DNA from: an uncultured beta proteobacterium
GTDB lineage: Bacteria > Pseudomonadota > Gammaproteobacteria > Burkholderiales > Casimicrobiaceae
Assembly: GCA_963782625.1 (NCBI GenBank)
Contig: CAWAKN010000013.1
Coordinates: 55,659-119,658, forward strand
Direction of reading: 5' to 3'
Length of the DNA: 64,000 bases
The notes beneath the pieces are model-generated. The model made no database searches. It saw only the letters and a list, made by a program, of their open reading frames with translations, and was not told the origin of the DNA. Shown here one piece after another: positions 9,751 through 18,089 of the stretch (the first letter of the stretch is position 1; every line of letters begins with the position of its first letter). Made by a program: the position numbers and the translations under genes.

Positions 9751-12700
9751 GGCGCATAGTCCGACTGCGGACGGCTTAGCAGCACCTTTCGCGCGAAGTA
9801 GTGCATCATGATCTGTCCCTGCTGCTCGGGCGGGAAGTCCATGAAGTCATCCGGATCCGCGTTCTCCATGACCGCGCGGCCACCCTCGCCAATTGTCGGA
9901 CCGTCGGCCAGATCGACCACGTCCGTGCCGTCGTAGCGACCATGGGGCAACGTAATGGCCGATGAGGCGGCGGCAAGGTGGTACCCATAGTTGTAGGACG
10001 GATCATCGCCCATCGTGATGTGTGTCGCGATCGCATGCGCCATGTAGATCGGGCCGACGTTCTGGTTCTGCCAGACGTGGGTCATCTCGTGCACAAGCGT
10101 ATGGCGCTCGATCGGGCCGTCGTCCGCATCGAAATTGATGAGATTGCCCGTGGTGAAAGCGCGCGATTCGGGTTCGCCGGTGAAGAAGTCCTGGATGCCG
10201 AAGAAGATGCTGTTGGTCGGCGAGTCGGTTGCGATGTAGACGTGATCGAAGTCGATCGAATCACCGAACACGGGCTCGACGTCCGCCAGCTCGGCGGCGC
10301 TGAGGTGCCGGAACCCGTTGAGCAGGTTCATCAGGACGAAGATTGCGGTGTCGAGGAGCCCCACCGCCACTTCGAGCACGGCCAGCAGCATGTCCTTGAC
10401 GTTCTCGCCGATCGCCACCAGTGTGCGCACAAGTTCGTCGACAAACTCGTCGCCGGCCTGCTTGAACGCATCCACGACATCGTTCAGCGTCTTGCCGAGC
10501 TCGCGTGCGGCGCGTACCAGATTCTGCATCGCCTGATCCGGATGCTTGACCGTCTCGACGACCAGCTCGACCAGCGTCACGCCCGCTTCGAGCATCCCGC
10601 GCACGACCTCGAGCGTGACTTCGAACGCCTTGCCGACGGTCCAGACAACCAGCTTGGCGAGCTCGAAGCCGGCGCCCAAGGCGCCCTTGACGAACTTGGC
10701 GATCCCCGGAATGAAGTCGGTCTCGAGGTAGTTGAGCGCATAGATGATCGAATTGCCGATGCGATCCCACATGCCGCCCAGCAGATCGAGCGCATCGCTG
10801 CCGCGCGCAACCGCCCAGTCAATGACCTCGGTTACCGCGCTGCCTACAGCTTCGCAAAGCTGGACCATGCGCTCGAACATCGCCTGCGTTTGTTCGGCCG
10901 CCCAGTCGAGAACCTCGGCCACCCCTTTCTTGACGAAGCGGATCGCCAGTACCGCCTCGCGCCAGAGCGCGGACGCCAGCGCCTCGCCGCGATCGAGCAG
11001 CCAGCCAAGGATGTCGCCGACAGGTCCCAACGCCTGCAGCACGGCGTTGACGATCTTGCGGAAGACAAAGTAGGTCGCCGTGACCACCGCCTCGAGGATG
11101 TCCACCACCTTGGCGCCAACGGCCAGCGCCGCATCGATCAGGCGAGCGGCGGTGCGATAGGTAAACGCGATCATCTGCCGCGTGAACTCGAGCACGGTCT
11201 TCCCAAGCTCGAACGCCGCCTTGACCACGGCCTTCAGGAGATTCATCGCCAGGCTCAGCGTCTCCTTGAGCAGCGTCAGCAGCGTACGGCCCAGGTCGAA
11301 GAACGCCTGCACCACCTTCTTGATCGCATTCACGGCATGTGTAGCGATCGTGCGGATCACATCCACAAGAAGCTTGCCTGCCTCGAGCAGGCCGTCCAGT
11401 ACCTTGCGCACGACATCGACCGCCGCGGTCGCGATGTACTGCGTGAAGTCGATCAGTGCCTGTCCCGCGCGGGCTGCCGCGCGCGCAATCTCCTTCACGA
11501 GGTTGAGCCCGGCGTTGAGCACCTCGTTGAAGATGGACCCAAGGCTGCGACCGAGTTGCAGCAACGACGACACGACCGTGTCGAACAGGTCCCAGGGCCG
11601 CGACACCAGCGCGACGAAAATCTGGGCAACGCTTTTGCCGAGCTCGAGCAACGCCTTGACCATGCCCTGGACGAGCGTCGCCCCGAACGCCACGGCCTGC
11701 TCGATGAGATTTCCGATGGATTTGCCGATCGCGAGCAACGCTTCGGCACCGCGCTTGATGACATCGAACGCCCGCCCCGCCAGATACCCGAGCAATTCGC
11801 CCAGCGTGCGCCCGAGGTTGTCGATTGCCTTGAGTACGGTGATCAGCGCATCCTTCGCGAGCGTGAACGCCGCATTCAGCACGTTGAAGAGTCCCGTGCC
11901 GATCGCGTCCAGCCCCTGTACGATCTTCTTGACGAGGTTGTAGCCTGTCTCGAGTGCAGCGTTGAGCAGGTCGAGCACCGACTTTCCGGCTTGCTCGATC
12001 AGGGCCTTGACCAGGTTCGCGACGTCGTTGACGGCCCAGTTGACGACATCGGCAATCGCCTGGCCGAGCGTCTTGACGGCATCTACGACGGCGTCGACAA
12101 CCGACGTGATCGCATTGGCGATGTCGTCGGCGACATCCTCGAAGAAATCCACGACCGCGGAGTCAGTGTCCCGCGGCGCTGGCGGCTGGCCTTGCTGGAG
12201 GCGCGCCACTTGCGCGCCCGCATCGCGCAGCCAGAACAGCACGTCGCGCAGGGCGTCACGGTTCACGCTCTTGTCGGGGTGCAACACGAGATCGCGCATG
12301 ATCACGCGCCCCTGGGCACGCGGCAGTTGCCCGATCGCGTGCACGACACCGCGCGCCTCGCCCGCGCGCCGATAGCCGGCGATCAGCGCGCGGCGCTCCG
12401 CGGACGGCATGGTCGCCGCCTGTTGAAAGAGCTCGCGGTGTTGCATCGGGTCCGCGATCGAGCGGGCATAGGCCTCGGCAAGGCGGCTCGCCTGCATTCG
12501 CTGCCTTGCGTAGGCGCGCCGGAACGTCGGTGCCAGGTCGACTGCATGATAGGGCGTCTTGCGCAATATGGCGTCGACCGCATGCGCGTTGCCAAGCGGC
12601 ACCGCGTCGAGCGCGGCGGAAAGTCGGTTTATGCCGGCCGCGAGCACGCCCTGGCCGGCGCGGCGCGGAGGTTCGCGTCGAATTCGCGCGGCGACACCGG

Positions 12701-12803
12701 CGCGTTTGCGCGAAGGCGTGTTCAAGGTCGTGGTGCCGCGCGGCCGCGTGACCGCCGCGGTCTTGCGAATCTGCCTGGGCTTGGGGGACGTCGAGCGGGC
12801 CAT
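9702..12803 (-). CDS. Large protein: basic N-terminus, ~19 x 29-aa amphipathic repeats, C-terminal HExxH zincin (DUF4157-like) domain
   Basis: AAGGAGA RBS before ATG at 12803; C-terminal RHLSAAE..VFGDSIDF..RAFTTGNLINF..LVHEMTHVWQ..EQQGQI. Confidence 0.85.
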   Translation of the reverse strand: MARSTSPKPRQIRKTAAVTRPRGTTTLNTPSRKRAGVAARIRREPPRRAGQGVLAAGINRLSAALDAVPLGNAHAVDAILRKTPYHAVDLAPTFRRAYARQRMQASRLAEAYARSIADPMQHRELFQQAATMPSAERRALIAGYRRAGEARGVVHAIGQLPRAQGRVIMRDLVLHPDKSVNRDALRDVLFWLRDAGAQVARLQQGQPPAPRDTDSAVVDFFEDVADDIANAITSVVDAVVDAVKTLGQAIADVVNWAVNDVANLVKALIEQAGKSVLDLLNAALETGYNLVKKIVQGLDAIGTGLFNVLNAAFTLAKDALITVLKAIDNLGRTLGELLGYLAGRAFDVIKRGAEALLAIGKSIGNLIEQAVAFGATLVQGMVKALLELGKSVAQIFVALVSRPWDLFDTVVSSLLQLGRSLGSIFNEVLNAGLNLVKEIARAAARAGQALIDFTQYIATAAVDVVRKVLDGLLEAGKLLVDVIRTIATHAVNAIKKVVQAFFDLGRTLLTLLKETLSLAMNLLKAVVKAAFELGKTVLEFTRQMIAFTYRTAARLIDAALAVGAKVVDILEAVVTATYFVFRKIVNAVLQALGPVGDILGWLLDRGEALASALWREAVLAIRFVKKGVAEVLDWAAEQTQAMFERMVQLCEAVGSAVTEVIDWAVARGSDALDLLGGMWDRIGNSIIYALNYLETDFIPGIAKFVKGALGAGFELAKLVVWTVGKAFEVTLEVVRGMLEAGVTLVELVVETVKHPDQAMQNLVRAARELGKTLNDVVDAFKQAGDEFVDELVRTLVAIGENVKDMLLAVLEVAVGLLDTAIFVLMNLLNGFRHLSAAELADVEPVFGDSIDFDHVYIATDSPTNSIFFGIQDFFTGEPESRAFTTGNLINFDADDGPIERHTLVHEMTHVWQNQNVGPIYMAHAIATHITMGDDPSYNYGYHLAAASSAITLPHGRYDGTDVVDLADGPTIGEGGRAVMENADPDDFMDFPPEQQGQIMMHYFARKVLLSRPQSDYAPWEKFSLYVQTHPQVA
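10323..11987 (-). repeat. Protein-level tandem repeat, 29-aa period (18 units of 29 aa plus one of 33 aa)
   Basis: GKSVLDLLNAALETGYNLVKKIVQGLDAI / GTGLFNVLNAAFTLAKDALITVLKAIDNL / GRTLGELLGYLAGRAFDVIKRGAEALLAI / GKSIGNLIEQAVAFGATLVQGMVKALLEL etc., counted by hand. Confidence 0.85.
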
Positions 12804-13110
12804 GTCGATCTCCTTCAGCATTCGGCGACGCCTGGCGCCGGCGCCGTTAAAGGCGAATCCCGAGGCAGAGGTGCAGCGTGGTGAAGGCATTGCCAATGCG
12901 CAAGAATCGGCAACCACCACGACCGTGTCGGGGACTCGGGGGTGAACCTCGCTTCCCGGCGTCGGCGCGTCAGTGCATGGGAACCGCTCACGCTGCGGCC
13001 GGGTTGCAAAGAATTGGCAAATTTGGCGCGTTTGTCAACTACAATTTGAACAGGCTCGCGCGCTCGACGCTCGCCCATGAATTCACCCGGATCGCCCGCC
13101 AGGGCGGTAT

Positions 13111-13124
13111 TTGATTCGGATCAT
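13111..13124 (+). promoter_or_regulatory. FNR/Anr-like binding site upstream of cydA
   Basis: TTGAT-tcgg-ATCAT, one mismatch to TTGAT-N4-ATCAA, about 50 nt before the cydA start. Confidence 0.6.
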
Positions 13125-13175
13125 GAGTGGGGCGGCCCGCGGTAGACTTGTCGCCGAATCGTAGGAGGTCGTCGC

Positions 13176-14555
13176 GTGGAACTCGATCCGGTCCTGTTGT
13201 CGCGCCTGCAGTTCGCCTTCGTCATCGCGTTCCACATTCTCCTGCCGGCCTTCACCGTCGGGCTCGCGTCGTACATCGTTGTGCTCGAGGGCCTTTACTT
13301 CTGGCGCGGCGACTCGACCTATCTGCGGCTGTCGTTGTTCTGGACGAAAATGTTCGCCGTGTCTTTCGGGATGGGCGTCGTGTCGGGAATCGTGATGCCG
13401 TTCCAGTTGGGCACCAACTGGAGCGGACTGTCGGACACCGCCGGCAACGTGCTGGCGCCGCTGCTCACTTACGAAGGCCTGATCGCATTCTTCCTCGAGG
13501 CCGGCTTCCTCGGCATCCTGCTGTTCGGCCGCAAGCTGGTCCCGCAATGGGTCCACCTGTTCGCTGCCGTCATGGTGGGTAGCGGCACCCTGTTCTCGTC
13601 GTTCTGGATCCTTTCGGCCAACAGCTGGATGCACACGCCGGCTGGCTACGAAATCATCGACGGGCGTTTTTTCGCGAAAGACTGGTTGGACGTGATCTTC
13701 AATCCGTCTTTTCCTTACCGGATTGCGCATACGGTCACCGGGTTCTACATCACGACGGCGTTCGTCGTCGTCGCGGTTTCGGCGTGGCATCTTCGGGTAA
13801 ACCAGCACGTGGCGGAATCGCGGCGCGCGATGTCCATGGGCCTGGGCCTGCTCATCCTGCTGGTACCGCTGCAAATCGTGCTTGGCGACGCGCACGGGCT
13901 CAACACGCTCGAACACCAACCGGTCAAGGTAGCCGCGATGGAAGGCCTGTGGGAGACGCAGGCCCGCGCGCCGGCCGTCCTGTTTGCGATTCCCGATTCG
14001 ACCAACGAAACGAACCGGTTCGAGATCGCCATCCCCGGCCTGGCCAGCGTCTACCTGACGCACGACGTCAACGGCGTGGTCAAGGGCCTGAATGCGTTTG
14101 CGCCGGGCGACCGCCCGCCCGTCGGGATCGTGTTCTGGGCGTTCCGGGTGATGGTGGGCGCGGGCCTCCTCATGTTCGCCGTCGTCGCGTGGGGGGCCTG
14201 GCTGCGCATCCGCGGCCGCATGTTCGATTCGCGCGCGTATCTCGCCGTGTGCAATTTCATGGCGCCCGCGGGGTTTGTGGCGGTGATAGCCGGCTGGACC
14301 GTGACCGAGGTCGGCAGGCAGCCGTGGATCGTGTACGGACTGATGCGCACGCGCGACGCGGTATCGCCTTCGATCACCGGGCTCGACGTTTTGCTGTCGC
14401 TGCTCATGTACATGGCGGTCTACGCGGTGATCTTCAGCGCAGGCGTGTACTACCTTTTTCGCATCGCGCGCGCGGGTCCGCCCACCGAGCTGGAGGCGCA
14501 CGACGCCAAGCTTTCCGAACGACCCGCGCGTCCGCTCTCGGCCGCCGACGTGTAA
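13176..14555 (+). CDS. cydA: Cytochrome bd ubiquinol oxidase subunit I (short Q-loop, CioA-like)
   Basis: LSRLQFAFVIAFH, ANSWMHTP, QPVKVAAMEG, GWTVTEVGRQPW. Confidence 0.96.
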   Translation: MELDPVLLSRLQFAFVIAFHILLPAFTVGLASYIVVLEGLYFWRGDSTYLRLSLFWTKMFAVSFGMGVVSGIVMPFQLGTNWSGLSDTAGNVLAPLLTYEGLIAFFLEAGFLGILLFGRKLVPQWVHLFAAVMVGSGTLFSSFWILSANSWMHTPAGYEIIDGRFFAKDWLDVIFNPSFPYRIAHTVTGFYITTAFVVVAVSAWHLRVNQHVAESRRAMSMGLGLLILLVPLQIVLGDAHGLNTLEHQPVKVAAMEGLWETQARAPAVLFAIPDSTNETNRFEIAIPGLASVYLTHDVNGVVKGLNAFAPGDRPPVGIVFWAFRVMVGAGLLMFAVVAWGAWLRIRGRMFDSRAYLAVCNFMAPAGFVAVIAGWTVTEVGRQPWIVYGLMRTRDAVSPSITGLDVLLSLLMYMAVYAVIFSAGVYYLFRIARAGPPTELEAHDAKLSERPARPLSAADV

Positions 14556-14566
14556 GGGATCCGACC

Positions 14567-15571
14567 ATGCACATCGACCTCGTTCCGGTTTGGACCCTCA
14601 TTCTCGCCGTCGGCGTGTTCATGTACGTGCTCCTCGATGGCTTCGATCTCGGCGTGGGCATCCTGTTCCCGTTGGCGCGCGACGACGCGTCGCGCACGCT
14701 GATGATGAATTCCGTCGCGCCGATATGGGACGGCAACGAGACGTGGCTCATCCTGGGTGGCACCGCGCTCATGGCGGCGTTTCCGCTGGCCTTCGCGATC
14801 GTCATTCCCGCGCTCTACTTTCCGATCCTGCTGATGCTGCTCGGACTCATCTTTCGCGGCGTCGCGTTCGAGTTCCGGCTAAAGGCGCAGCAAGGGCGCC
14901 ACTGGTGGGACCGGTCGTTCTTCACGGGCTCGCTCGTCGCCACGTTCTTCCAGGGTGTGATCCTCGGAAATTATGTGCAGGGCTTCGCGGTCTCCGGACG
15001 GCACTTCGCTGGCGGCAGCTTCGACTGGGTCAAGCCGTTTCCGCTTGCCACAGGCGTCGGCCTGCTGTTCGGGTATGGATTGCTCGGCGCCACGTGGCTG
15101 GTGATGAAGACCGAGGGCGACCTGCAGGCACGGTCGCGCGCCCAAGCCAGGGCGTGCCTGTTCGGCGTGCTCGCTTTCATCGCGATGGTGAGCGTGTGGA
15201 CGCCATTCCTGCATCCGAAGATCACGGCGCGCTGGTTCACTTGGCCGAACATGGCGTACTTAGCTCCCGTACCCATCGTGACTGCCGGCATCGCCGTCGG
15301 CCTCTGGCGCTCGCTCGCACGCGGCGGCGAGTTCGTCCCGTTCCTGGCCGCGATGGGGTTGTTCGCGATGTGCTACCTCGGCCTTGCCATCAGCGTGTTC
15401 CCGTATGTAGTGCCGTGGACGATCACGCTCTGGGATGCGGCGTCGTCGCCCGGATCCCAGGCCTTCCTGCTCGTGGGCACGCTCGTCATCCTGCCGATCG
15501 TGTTCATGTACACGGGTTGGTCGTACTACGTGTTCCGCGGCAAAGTGCGCGCAGAACTCGGATACCACTAG
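14567..15571 (+). CDS. cydB: Cytochrome bd ubiquinol oxidase subunit II
   Basis: LLDGFDLGVG, PIWDGNETWL, FRGVAFEFR, YYVFRGKV. Confidence 0.95.
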   Translation: MHIDLVPVWTLILAVGVFMYVLLDGFDLGVGILFPLARDDASRTLMMNSVAPIWDGNETWLILGGTALMAAFPLAFAIVIPALYFPILLMLLGLIFRGVAFEFRLKAQQGRHWWDRSFFTGSLVATFFQGVILGNYVQGFAVSGRHFAGGSFDWVKPFPLATGVGLLFGYGLLGATWLVMKTEGDLQARSRAQARACLFGVLAFIAMVSVWTPFLHPKITARWFTWPNMAYLAPVPIVTAGIAVGLWRSLARGGEFVPFLAAMGLFAMCYLGLAISVFPYVVPWTITLWDAASSPGSQAFLLVGTLVILPIVFMYTGWSYYVFRGKVRAELGYH

Positions 15572-15624
15572 CAGCCGCTCGCCTCGCCGAACGGGACTTC
15601 CGAAATACACAAAAGGATTGTGCG

Positions 15625-16488
15625 ATGCCCGGAGAAAACGACATCGTCGTCGCGGCATGGAATACGGTGCTGTTCGACAAGTTCTGCCGCTTCAAGCATC
15701 TGCTGATCGACGGCCTTGCGGCGCACAGCAACGCCGCGCTCGACTGGCATGCCTATCCCGAGGGCGCACGCGTGCTCGACGTCGGGTGCGGATTCGGGGA
15801 CAGCACGCGGCTCATTGCCAGGCGCGTAGGACCGCGGGGTGAAGCAGTGGGCGTTGACTGCGCCGAGAATTTCATCAGGGCTTCCCGCGACGAGACAAGA
15901 CAGGTGGGCATCTCCAATGCGTCGTACTTCGTTGCCGACGTCCAGACCGACGACCTTCGCGGCCCCTACGACTTCGCGTTCTCGCGCTTTGGCACGATGT
16001 TCTTCATGATGCCCGGCGCCGCCATGCGCAACATCCGCAAGGCGCTCAAACCGGGAGGTGAACTCACGATGATCGTCTGGCGCCGGCGGGAGGAGAATCC
16101 GTGGCTCCACGACGCCGAGCTGAAGGTCCGCGAGATGGTTCCGGTCGTGGCCCACGAGGATACGGACCAGGTGCATTGCGGACCGGGGCCGTTTTCCATG
16201 GCCGGCCCGGACATGGTTAGTTCGATGCTGCGCAGCGCGGGGTTCGATCGAATCGCCTTCGAGCGCTTCGACGCCGACATCTGCGTCGGCAAGGACTTGC
16301 ATGAAGCAGTCGAGTTCGCCATGGCGCTGGGGCCGGCAGGCGAGATCATTCGCCTCGCGGGCGACGAGGGCGCCAAGCGCAAGGACGCCGTCGCCGCGGC
16401 GCTGCACGAGACGCTCGCCCGCTACTCGCGAAGCGACGGGGTCTGGGGTCCATCGAGCACCTGGTTCGTCAGCGCGCGCAACCCCTAA
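15625..16488 (+). CDS. Class I SAM-dependent methyltransferase
   Basis: VLDVGCGFG, FSRFGTMFF, GPGPFSMA. Confidence 0.88.
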   Translation: MPGENDIVVAAWNTVLFDKFCRFKHLLIDGLAAHSNAALDWHAYPEGARVLDVGCGFGDSTRLIARRVGPRGEAVGVDCAENFIRASRDETRQVGISNASYFVADVQTDDLRGPYDFAFSRFGTMFFMMPGAAMRNIRKALKPGGELTMIVWRRREENPWLHDAELKVREMVPVVAHEDTDQVHCGPGPFSMAGPDMVSSMLRSAGFDRIAFERFDADICVGKDLHEAVEFAMALGPAGEIIRLAGDEGAKRKDAVAAALHETLARYSRSDGVWGPSSTWFVSARNP

Positions 16489-16517
16489 GCGCGTGAAATG
16501 GGCAGCGTGACGCATTG

Positions 16518-17495
16518 ATGGACCGGCGTGCATTCAGCGGCGCGCTGGCCGGCGGCCTGTTGGCGGCGCCCTTCCTGTCGCTCGCCCAGCCGCGGTCGAG
16601 AATTGCGCGAATCGGTTTCCTTGCGGCCGGTTCCCCGACATCGCGAGTTCAGCAACAGTTCCTGCAAGGCATGCGCGAGCTGGGCCTCACGGAAGGACGC
16701 GATTTTGCCGTCGACTGGCGGTTCGCCGAGGGGAGGTACGAGCGACTGCAGGCACTGGCGGCGGAACTGGTGCAGCTGAAAGTCGACGTCATCGTGGCGG
16801 TGACGACGCTTTGTGTCCAGGCCGCGCAGCATGCAACGCGAACGACACCGATCGTGATGGTCGGCGTGCCCGACCCGATCGGCGAGGGATTCGCGACCAG
16901 CCTGTCCCGCCCCGGTGGCAACATCACGGGCCTGTCCAATATCGTGACCGAAGTGAGCAGCAAGCATCTCGAACTGATGCGTGTTGCCGTGCCGAAGCTG
17001 TCACTCGTCGCGGTGCTGATCAATCCGGGCAACCCCAGCGACGCACTCATCCTCGAGCAGATCCAGGGCAGCGCCTACACGCGCCGGATCAAGGTGCTTC
17101 CCGTCGAGGCCGGTACCGCGAGCCAGATCGATGCTGGCTTTGCCGCTATCGCCCGCGCCCGCGCGCAGGCCGCAATCGTGACCTCCGACGCTTTTTTTGA
17201 CGTGCAGCAGGAACGGATCATAAAACTCGCCATCGACAGCCGCCTGCCGACGATCTCTTCCAGCAGGGAAATGACGGAGGCCGGCGGGCTCATGAGCTAT
17301 GGCCAGGACCTGGCTCTGCATTACCGTCGGGCCGCGACCTACGTCGACCGGATACTGAAGGGTGCGAAGCCCGGCAGTCTCCCGATCGAACAACCCACGG
17401 TGCTGGAATTCGTCGTCAATCGCAAGACGGCGAAGACACTCGGCATCGACATTCCACGCGAGCTGGAGCTGCGCGCCGACAGCGTCATCGAATGA
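16518..17495 (+). CDS. Orphan ABC substrate-binding protein (ABC_sub_bind type)
   Basis: DRRAF twin-Arg-like leader; LSRPGGNITGLS, GGLMSYG, YVDRILKGAKPGSLPIEQPT. Confidence 0.88.
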   Translation: MDRRAFSGALAGGLLAAPFLSLAQPRSRIARIGFLAAGSPTSRVQQQFLQGMRELGLTEGRDFAVDWRFAEGRYERLQALAAELVQLKVDVIVAVTTLCVQAAQHATRTTPIVMVGVPDPIGEGFATSLSRPGGNITGLSNIVTEVSSKHLELMRVAVPKLSLVAVLINPGNPSDALILEQIQGSAYTRRIKVLPVEAGTASQIDAGFAAIARARAQAAIVTSDAFFDVQQERIIKLAIDSRLPTISSSREMTEAGGLMSYGQDLALHYRRAATYVDRILKGAKPGSLPIEQPTVLEFVVNRKTAKTLGIDIPRELELRADSVIE

Positions 17496-17522
17496 CGCCG
17501 GAGGTTGCGGATCGCGCGCAGA

Positions 17523-17963
17523 CTACCGCTTGATCTGGCCGCGGATCTCGCCGCTGCGATGCGCCTCGCTGTGGATGTTGAAATAGAGGTTGCCCGCCTT
17601 GTAGCTCTCGTACTGCGCATCACTGAGGCGCGCGCCCGGCGGTACGGACCAGACATTGTCCGCCGTCTTGACCAGCGGAAGAATGATCGGCCCGTTGGTG
17701 CCCGCGGCCCCTTCGTGAATATGGGCGACCGTCACCGCCATGCCGGCGATCGTCGCGTTGCCAACCACAGTCTTGTCCGCATTGACGGTTATCGAGGCGG
17801 TTCCCGACGCGGTGGTCGTCACCGGCGGAATTTCCTGGCCCCCGCTGAGGACGATCTTGAGTTCCTGGCTCCACGCCCCGATCGCGTGGCCGGCGAGCGC
17901 CATCGTCATCACGTTCAGCACAATGCGGCGAAGGCGCGACGTCGTCCGCGGCAACGAATTCAT
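17523..17963 (-). CDS. CHRD-domain exported protein
   Basis: LSGGQEIPPV, AHIHEG, LYFNIHS...GEIRGQI; GGAGG RBS; signal peptide. Confidence 0.88.
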   Translation of the reverse strand: MNSLPRTTSRLRRIVLNVMTMALAGHAIGAWSQELKIVLSGGQEIPPVTTTASGTASITVNADKTVVGNATIAGMAVTVAHIHEGAAGTNGPIILPLVKTADNVWSVPPGARLSDAQYESYKAGNLYFNIHSEAHRSGEIRGQIKR

Positions 17964-18043
17964 GATAGGACCTCCTCCCGGGGCTTCACGAGTCCGCATC
18001 ATACGCCGGCCGAAGCACCTGCCATGCACGCCGGTACCGCAAC

Positions 18044-18073
18044 AAAAAAGGCGCCCGCAGGCGCCCTTTTTTT
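18044..18073 (-). terminator. Intrinsic terminator downstream of pnp (A/T tracts on both sides)
   Basis: aaaaaaggcgcc-cgca-ggcgccctttttt. Confidence 0.8.
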
Positions 18074-18089
18074 ACTCGAGACCAAAGCG

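Noticed and set aside
9702-12803. Large protein as a prophage tape-measure gene
   Set aside because: No tail or head genes adjacent; it is coupled to C25/ACP/KS genes and ends in a zincin domain
9978-12884. 968-aa plus-strand ORF opposite the repeat protein, and similar long shadow ORFs (21838-24363, 27092-28633, 39074-40888, 44800-46686)
   Set aside because: Antisense shadows expected from high-GC codon bias; no motifs, and the opposite strand carries recognisable genes
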